Assembly (NCBI GenBank): GCA_028279805.1
Contig: JANQMZ010000007.1
Coordinates: forward strand, 720,001-752,000
Reading direction: 5' to 3'
DNA: 32,000 nt
Source of the DNA: an archaeon
GTDB lineage: Archaea > Iainarchaeota > Iainarchaeia > Iainarchaeales > JANQMZ01
Shown here: piece by piece, positions 26,099-32,000 of the stretch
How the letters are laid out: the number at the start of each line of letters is the position of its first letter
Numbering within the stretch: position 1 is the first letter of the stretch
Notes under the pieces: generated by a model
Seen by the model: the letters and a program-made list of their open reading frames with translations, nothing else
The model's database searches: none
Told to the model about the DNA's origin: nothing
Made by a program: the position numbers and the translations under genes

Positions 26099-27337
26099 TT
26101 ATTTGTATCTTAGTAAAGCACCGATTCCGCCAAAGCTTTTCAAAAACTGTTCCCCTTCCTCTGTTTCAATGCTTACAATTGTTGTTTTTGTTCCGGTGTT
26201 TTCAGCTTTTTCCATTAAATGTTCAATGTAATCAATTTCCTCAATTAATTCAGCGTTATCCGGATGCTTGTGCTGTGCTTCTTTTATTGAATCAATTATT
26301 TGTTCAAAAGTTGTTTCATTTTTTAAATTTTTATAAACAAAAACAAGTTTGTCAATTTCCTCACTTAATAAAAGGTTTTCAACCTTGCCTGATTCCAAAT
26401 CTTTTTCAACCTGTTCTTGTCCGAACGAAGCTAAACTGTTTTTTGCAATTTTTTCAAAAAATTCCTGGACAACTTTTTTTTCTTTCATTATTTCGGAATC
26501 TTTTAAAATTTCATCAGATTTGTTAACAGTTTCTCTTATGCCGGATTCATTTGTATAACTTGTATCAATTTTTCCGATTGTTTTTTCAGCAATCCTGTAA
26601 TCCATTAATTCTTCTTCTTCAAATGAATTTTTTGTAATTCCCGGTCCTGCCAATATTATTCCTTTTAATTTGTTTTCAAGAGGCAAAAATGCTGAATTCA
26701 TTTGTTCAGCTATTTCCTTAAAAAAATTATGCTTAGCTTCCTCCCTTAATCTTTCAAACCGGTGTGCGGACTGTCCTCCTGCCCGTGATTTTCCTGCAAC
26801 CCTGCTTTTAAAATTTCCAACAATTTCATATTTTTTTCCTCTTAACAATGCAATTGTCGCTTCATTTTTGTCAATTGCTAAAATTCCATATAATTCTCCG
26901 GGTTCCGCCATTTGTTCCAGTGGCTCCAAATGAAAAGTTGAATCACACCTGTACAGTTTTGTTTCCAGTGCACGAACAGGTTTTACTGTTAAAAGTTTTA
27001 TATCTGTTTTTCCTCTTGTCTCACTTACATTTCCTGAAAAAATCACAAGCCCTGTTTTTGGAATTTTAAAATCAATTTGTTTTAAAAAATTTATAATTTT
27101 TTTTAAAGCTCCTTGAACGTTTTTCCTGGTTTTCTGGTCTTTAATATTGGAACTTTGGCTCATTTCCTCTGTTAATTGTGCTGTTACTGTGCTTCTATCT
27201 GCATCCGCCGGCAAATATAAGGAGATTAACTCTGTTCCGAATCCCTTATAGTTTTCTATTTTTTTGAGTTTTTTTCTGAAAACCGTTTTTTCAGCAGCAC
27301 TTGCTTCATAGTTTAAATTTTTCATTTTTTCACCCAA
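26099..27337 (-). CDS. prf1: Peptide chain release factor aRF1
   Basis: Has the GGQ motif (RAGGQSAHRFERLREE), YxCxxxF (YRCDSTF) and a NIKS-region reading SSNIKDQKTRKN. Length is ~410 aa. The start may be Met1 (27337) or Met5 (27325). Confidence 0.93.
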   Translation of the reverse strand: MGEKMKNLNYEASAAEKTVFRKKLKKIENYKGFGTELISLYLPADADRSTVTAQLTEEMSQSSNIKDQKTRKNVQGALKKIINFLKQIDFKIPKTGLVIFSGNVSETRGKTDIKLLTVKPVRALETKLYRCDSTFHLEPLEQMAEPGELYGILAIDKNEATIALLRGKKYEIVGNFKSRVAGKSRAGGQSAHRFERLREEAKHNFFKEIAEQMNSAFLPLENKLKGIILAGPGITKNSFEEEELMDYRIAEKTIGKIDTSYTNESGIRETVNKSDEILKDSEIMKEKKVVQEFFEKIAKNSLASFGQEQVEKDLESGKVENLLLSEEIDKLVFVYKNLKNETTFEQIIDSIKEAQHKHPDNAELIEEIDYIEHLMEKAENTGTKTTIVSIETEEGEQFLKSFGGIGALLRYK

Positions 27338-27426
27338 TTTTAAAGCAAAAAGCTTTAAATAATGAAAATAGCTTTACTATAAGAATAAAGCCAAGAGGGC
27401 TTAAAAAGTTATTTTTACGTGTTTCA

Positions 27427-28233
27427 ATGTTTGATGAAAGTTTTTTTGAAATGTATAATCAGGATAATGATGAGGAGGAATCTTCCGCAGCAACCACTAC
27501 TTCCCAGATTGAAAGAACCGTTGAATCTATTGATTCTTCAAAAATTTTTGTTTTGTCAATAGGCGGGTCAATTATTGCAAATGACAAACCGAATTCGACT
27601 TATATTGCAAAATTGTCAGAAACTTTAACAAAACTTGAACAGGAAGGTTACAGGTTTGTTTTGGTTATAGGCGGGGGGGCAATTGCAAGAAATTATATGG
27701 CTTCAGCCAAATCTTTGGGTGCAAACAATTTTGAACAGGATCAGATTGGAATTTTTTCATCAAGATTAAATGCAATGGTTGTAATTCGGGGTGTTGTCAA
27801 TTCTTATCCTTCTGTGTTAAAAAAAATTGAAGAATCAAAAACAATTTTGCAAAACGGCAAAATTCCTGTTTTCGGAGGAATTCTTCCGGGTGCCACAACA
27901 GATTTTGTAGGAGCTTTAATTGCAGAATATCTTCAGGCAACTTTTATTAATATGTCAAATGTGGACGGAGTTTATTCATCTGATCCAACCGATAATCCAA
28001 GAGCAAAACTTTTTACAGAAATTTCTTATGAAAAACTTTTATCTTTAATGAAATTGCATTCATCTTCCCCGGGCCCGCATGTTATTATGGATGTGCCTGC
28101 CTGCCTTGTCATAAAACGTTCAAAAATTCCGACACTTGTAATTGATGGAAATGATTTGGAAAATTTTGAAAATGCCGTTCATGGCACGGATTTTAAGGGA
28201 ACAATTGTAGGCTCTTTTGAACAGGAAGACTAA
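27427..28233 (+). CDS. pyrH: UMP kinase (archaeal PyrH) with an acidic N-terminal extension
   Basis: IFVLSIGGSII...RFVLVIGGGAIARNY...GILPGATTDFVGALIAEYL...MSNVDGVYSSDP is typical of the archaeal amino-acid-kinase-fold UMP kinase. ATG 27427 is chosen because the track's TTG 27301 would overlap aRF1 and the promoter region. Confidence 0.88.
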   Translation: MFDESFFEMYNQDNDEEESSAATTTSQIERTVESIDSSKIFVLSIGGSIIANDKPNSTYIAKLSETLTKLEQEGYRFVLVIGGGAIARNYMASAKSLGANNFEQDQIGIFSSRLNAMVVIRGVVNSYPSVLKKIEESKTILQNGKIPVFGGILPGATTDFVGALIAEYLQATFINMSNVDGVYSSDPTDNPRAKLFTEISYEKLLSLMKLHSSSPGPHVIMDVPACLVIKRSKIPTLVIDGNDLENFENAVHGTDFKGTIVGSFEQED

Positions 28234-29225
28234 TAATCCTTAAAAGAAAAATTTTTCCAGAGTTTTTCACCTAAAGCTATTTCAAGTTCTTCTGGGTTGA
28301 TTATGGGTTTTTTAAAATTTTTCCAGTCATCTATTGCTATTCTTGGACAAGCTGTTGAAACAAAACAATCAGCTTTAATTCCCAGTAAAAATTCCGGCAG
28401 AATCAAATCCGCGGTTAAAATAATTGCTTTTTTTCCATTTTTTTCAACAAGCTTTTTTAATTTTAAAGCTTCTCCGTAACGCATTTGCCCTATTTTTGTT
28501 GAAATAATTATTCCGAAAGATTCTGACTCTGATGCTTTTGCAATCAAAGAATGCCTTTGCCTTAAAAACCGGTCCCTGTTTTTCATTTTTAAAATTTTTT
28601 CATTCAAAACATCCGCAACAAAAACAGGTTTTTTTGTTGAAAAATTAACCGCTTCAGCGTGAAAATTTCCGTCTCCCACAAAAACAGCTGCATCAACTTT
28701 ATCTGAAACTTTTGCAATGGCACTCCCGGAACATCCTAAAACCTGTCCTTCCTCTGTTCTTAAACCTTTTTCCATTAAAACAATAAAACCTTTTTTTTCC
28801 AGTAATTTTTTTAAAAAATCTCTTGCCGTTTTATACTGAACAATTGAGGCAATTCCTATTTTTTTTATTTTTTTTTCTTTTAAAATTTTTTCAAGTTTTT
28901 TAAAAGTATTTTCCAGTAATTTTTCCGGAACATCATATTCAAGCGGAACATAAATAACTTTTTCATAATTAAAAAACTTGTTATGCCCGAAATGCAGAAT
29001 TAAATCCGCGTTAAATTTTTCAAGTTCATCAACAGGCAAATCACATGCTCCAAAACAAGGGTCAATTAATGTTATTGTTTTAACACCTGTTTTTTCTTCA
29101 AGTTTTTTGCTTATTTCATAAAGATTTGTTTTAAGCCCTTCAGGCATCTGAACAATTATTTTTTCAGCTTTTCTTTTTTTCAATTCTGATATAACCGGTT
29201 TTAAATCAACTTTTAGTGAATGCAT
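28230..29225 (-). CDS. dph2: Diphthamide synthesis protein Dph2 (2-(3-amino-3-carboxypropyl)histidine synthase, radical SAM-like)
   Basis: Has IIVQMPEGLK, DPCFGACD, HFGH, VLGCSGS and STACPRIAIDD, i.e. three conserved Fe-S Cys regions. Length is ~331 aa. Confidence 0.88.
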   Translation of the reverse strand: MHSLKVDLKPVISELKKRKAEKIIVQMPEGLKTNLYEISKKLEEKTGVKTITLIDPCFGACDLPVDELEKFNADLILHFGHNKFFNYEKVIYVPLEYDVPEKLLENTFKKLEKILKEKKIKKIGIASIVQYKTARDFLKKLLEKKGFIVLMEKGLRTEEGQVLGCSGSAIAKVSDKVDAAVFVGDGNFHAEAVNFSTKKPVFVADVLNEKILKMKNRDRFLRQRHSLIAKASESESFGIIISTKIGQMRYGEALKLKKLVEKNGKKAIILTADLILPEFLLGIKADCFVSTACPRIAIDDWKNFKKPIINPEELEIALGEKLWKNFSFKDY

Positions 29226-29253
29226 TAATGTTTTTGTGCAAACAAAGCCTTAT

Positions 29254-31773
29254 TTATTTTTCCATTAAAATGTTTTTTTCTTCAAGCATTACAATTTTTT
29301 TAATTTCCTCAACCGCGTCAATATTTGCCGAAACACTTGAAATTCCCATTTTTACAAGCTGTTTAACCATTTCAGGATTTGAAGCTGCCTGTCCGCAGAT
29401 TGATGTCCTGACATTTTTTTCTCTGCATTTTTTTATAACATGTTTTATTGAACGCATTATTGCAGGATGCAGTTCATTGAAATGTTTTTGAACAAGTTCA
29501 TTGTTTCTGTCCAGGCCTAATGTTAACTGCGTCAAATCATTTGTTCCGAATGAAACAAAATCAATTCCTTCCTCAATCAGTTCATCTATAATCCAAATGC
29601 TTGCCGGGGTTTCAATCATTATTCCAAAATCTATTTTGCTTAAATCTAATTCAGCTTCTTTGGCTAATTGTTTTGCTTTTTTTATTTGTTCTGCGTGTGT
29701 AACAAAGGGAAGCATTATTCCCACATTTTTGATTCCCTCATCATATAATTCTTTTACTGCTTCAAACTGAATTTTTAACATTTCAGGCTGGTCCAAATCT
29801 CTTCTTATGCCGTGCCAGCCTAACATCGGATTATCTTCTTTTGGCTCATTTTCCCCTCCTTTCAGGTTTCTGAATTCATCACTTCTCGCATCAAATGTTC
29901 TGAACCATACTGGTTTTCCTGAAAAATGTCCTGCAACTGCTTTAATTCCGCTTTTAACAATGTTTTTTAGTTTTTCTTCCTGTCCTTGTTTTAAAAATTC
30001 AGCGGGATGTTTTCCTGAACTCGTAATCATATGTTCTGCTCTCAGCAATCCCACGCCCTCTGCACCTGTTTGTGAAGCTTTTTCTGCAACATCGGCCAGT
30101 GCAACATTTACTTTTACTTTTGGAGAAATTTTACTTAAAGTTTTTTCAATTAATTTTTTTTCCTTTTCTTTTTCTTCATCTGTTAACCGGCTTGTTTTTT
30201 TTTCTCCGAATTTTTTTAAAATTTGTTCCGCTTCTTTTTCAGATTGTAAATGTTCAATTTCCTCTTTTCTTCTTTTTTCTGTTTCTCTTTCCTGTTTTAT
30301 TTCATCAGCCATCCCGAACAAACCTGCTCCTGAAACTTTTTCTTTTTCAGTTTTTTCTTTTAAAACTTTTTCAAAAGAGTCAAATTCTTTTTCTTCAATC
30401 ACTTTTGTTTCTTTTTTTTCAGGTGCAGCAATTTTTATTTCTCCGTCATAAATTTTTCCGGTGAAACCGTTCACGGTAACAATTTGATTGTCTTTTAAAA
30501 TCTTTGTGGCTGTGTCCGTCCCTACAATACATGGAATTCCAAGTTCTCTTGAAACAATTGCAGCATGACAGGTCCTCCCGCCTTCATTTGTAACAATTGC
30601 TTTGCTTTTTTTCATAACGGGAACCCAGTCAGGGCTTGTCATTCTTGTAACCAGTATATCATCTTTTTCAATTTTTGAAATGTTTTCAATATCCAAAACT
30701 ATTTTAACTTTTCCAGAAACAATTCCAGGAGACCCGGGAGCGCCTTTTAAAACAGGTGTTTCTTCTATTTGCTGCATTTCTTTCATTTTTTCATTTAAAG
30801 CAAGAGTTGTTATCGGCCTTGTCTGAACAATCATTATCCTGCCTTTTTCAACAGCCCATTCAATGTCTTGGGGAACATTATAATGTTGTTCTATTTTGTT
30901 GCCTATTTTTGCCAGTGCAATAATTGTGTCATCCGGAATTTTTTGAGTTTCAGATTGTTCAGGGTTTAAATTTTTTTTAACAGATTTTGATCCCTCCTTT
31001 AAAACAAGCCATTTTTGCTTGTTTACTTTTTTTCTCACAATTTTCATTGAATTTTTGTCAACCACATAATTATCCGGTGTAACAGCTCCTGCTACTATTG
31101 GTTCGCCTAACCCGAAAACAGCTTCTATTACTATTTTTGTTTTATCTCCTGTTGGTTCGGCTGTAAACATTATTCCTGCTGTTTCGGCGTTAACCATTTT
31201 TTGAACAATTGCTGACAATCCCACTTGTTCTGTTTTAAAACCATGTTTTTTTCTGTAATAAACTGCTCTTGGAGTATAAAGAGATGCATAACAGTTTTTT
31301 ACTGAATTCAAAAGATTTTCTTTTCCCAAAACATTCAGAAAAGTTTCCTGTTGCCCTGCAAAACTTGCTTCCGGCAAATCTTCTGCTGTTGCACTTGAAC
31401 GAACAGCTACAAATGGCTGTTCTGAACTTGTAAGCCATCCGACTTTTTCTTTTTCAGCGAGTTTTGAATAAGCTTTAATTATTTCATTTGCAGTTTCTTC
31501 CGGCAATGTTTCCTGTTTTATCATATCACGAACTTGTTTGCTTTTTTGTTCAAGTTCCTGCGTGTTTTCAACATCAATTGAGTCAATTATTTCAACTATT
31601 TTTTGTTTTAATTTTCTTTTTTCCAAAAATTCAAAAAAGGCATCAACTGTTACCGCAAAACCGTTGGGCACGGGAAAACCGCTTTTAACCATTTCTCCAA
31701 GATTGGCTCCTTTTCCTCCAACCGTTTTAATGCTTTCTCTGCCTAATTCTTCAAACCATGCTATTCGTTTCAT
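29254..31773 (-). CDS. ppsA: Phosphoenolpyruvate synthase (pyruvate, water dikinase)
   Basis: The N-terminal ATP-grasp begins WFEELGRESIKTVGGKGANLGEM. The phosphohistidine domain is GGRTCHAAIVSRELGIPCIVG. The C-terminal PEP-utilising TIM barrel has GVGLLRAEHMI, FRTFD, IMIETP and GTNDLTQLTLGLDR. Confidence 0.92.
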   Translation of the reverse strand: MKRIAWFEELGRESIKTVGGKGANLGEMVKSGFPVPNGFAVTVDAFFEFLEKRKLKQKIVEIIDSIDVENTQELEQKSKQVRDMIKQETLPEETANEIIKAYSKLAEKEKVGWLTSSEQPFVAVRSSATAEDLPEASFAGQQETFLNVLGKENLLNSVKNCYASLYTPRAVYYRKKHGFKTEQVGLSAIVQKMVNAETAGIMFTAEPTGDKTKIVIEAVFGLGEPIVAGAVTPDNYVVDKNSMKIVRKKVNKQKWLVLKEGSKSVKKNLNPEQSETQKIPDDTIIALAKIGNKIEQHYNVPQDIEWAVEKGRIMIVQTRPITTLALNEKMKEMQQIEETPVLKGAPGSPGIVSGKVKIVLDIENISKIEKDDILVTRMTSPDWVPVMKKSKAIVTNEGGRTCHAAIVSRELGIPCIVGTDTATKILKDNQIVTVNGFTGKIYDGEIKIAAPEKKETKVIEEKEFDSFEKVLKEKTEKEKVSGAGLFGMADEIKQERETEKRRKEEIEHLQSEKEAEQILKKFGEKKTSRLTDEEKEKEKKLIEKTLSKISPKVKVNVALADVAEKASQTGAEGVGLLRAEHMITSSGKHPAEFLKQGQEEKLKNIVKSGIKAVAGHFSGKPVWFRTFDARSDEFRNLKGGENEPKEDNPMLGWHGIRRDLDQPEMLKIQFEAVKELYDEGIKNVGIMLPFVTHAEQIKKAKQLAKEAELDLSKIDFGIMIETPASIWIIDELIEEGIDFVSFGTNDLTQLTLGLDRNNELVQKHFNELHPAIMRSIKHVIKKCREKNVRTSICGQAASNPEMVKQLVKMGISSVSANIDAVEEIKKIVMLEEKNILMEK

Positions 31774-31861
31774 TTAAAACCGTTATATGAATGTTTTTTT
31801 TTGTTTATTAATTAAACGCTTTTTTTTTAAAATTAGAATAATATTAAAATGAAAGTAAAAC

Positions 31862-32000
31862 CTATTCCTTCTTTTCTTCTTCTTTTTGCTCTTTTTCTGT
31901 TTCTTTTCCTGCATCTTCTTTCTCGTCTTTTTCCTGGCTTTCTTTTTCTTCTTCTCCCTCGTCTTTTTCTTCTTTTGCTTCACTGTCTTTGTCTTCTTCT
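31862..32000 (-). CDS. 3' end of an unidentified gene with an E/D/K-rich acidic tail (start lies beyond the window)
   Basis: The reverse-strand frame reads ...EEDKDSEAKEEKDEGEEEKESQEKDEKEDAGKETEKEQKEEEKKE* with TAG at 31862-31864 and stays open to the window edge. A second frame is also open over the same low-complexity DNA, so the frame choice is uncertain. Confidence 0.3.
   Translation of the reverse strand, partial: EEDKDSEAKEEKDEGEEEKESQEKDEKEDAGKETEKEQKEEEKKE

Noticed and set aside
26099-27337. Possible stop-codon reassignment suggested by the NIKD variant in aRF1.
   Set aside because: TAA (e.g. lonB, aIF2-alpha), TGA (rnz, S-layer, priL) and TAG (PCNA2, dph2) each terminate conserved genes at the expected length. 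No conserved gene shows in-frame stops.
29807-30464. Two overlapping plus-strand ORFs (214 aa and 130 aa) opposite ppsA.
   Set aside because: They are centred on the K/E-rich linker of PpsA, where the complement of GAA/AAA/AAG repeats gives F/S/L-rich open frames. They have no start context or domain features.
31783-31983. A 66-aa poly-Lys/Arg ORF from the track (MKQKKKKTREKKKKK...).
   Set aside because: It is an alternative frame of purine-rich low-complexity DNA, and its 3' part runs through the AT-rich ppsA promoter region. The E/D/K-rich frame, which stays open to the window edge and ends at TAG 31862, is the more plausible coding frame, though that is itself uncertain.

Overview
This is an AT-rich (roughly one-third GC by eye), very gene-dense archaeal chromosome segment. 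I count about 33 protein-coding genes. Most intergenic gaps are under 100 nt and several starts and stops overlap. The content is archaeal information-processing and envelope housekeeping: RNase Z, membrane LonB, Csl4, RpoL, signal peptidase I, two tandem PCNA paralogues, PriL, PriS, a GINS subunit, S27e, aIF2-alpha, a PAC2-type proteasome chaperone, a Methanococcales-type S-layer protein followed by envelope/glycosylation genes, TruD, aRF1, UMP kinase, Dph2 and PEP synthase. Tiny intergenics, lost zinc-binding motifs and K/E-rich linkers suggest a small-genome, possibly DPANN-like archaeon; that is inference only. I recognised no tRNA, rRNA, CRISPR array, transposase/integrase or known defence gene. 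All three standard stop codons terminate conserved genes. I do not see a clear-cut novel multi-gene system. The best unexplained elements are: (i) a replication operon headed by an uncharacterised small OB-fold-like ORF translationally coupled to two divergent tandem PCNA genes; (ii) a secreted, membrane-anchored Asp-box/Cys-loop surface protein with a tightly coupled small partner ORF and a CAACCA repeat array in its promoter; (iii) the S-layer locus, with an uncharacterised wHTH neighbour, a leader palindrome and unknown downstream membrane proteins. Several core enzymes also carry lineage-specific insertions or lost metal-binding motifs (PpsA, signal peptidase, Csl4, PriS, aRF1 NIKD). All family assignments rest on motif recognition by eye; no database search was possible.
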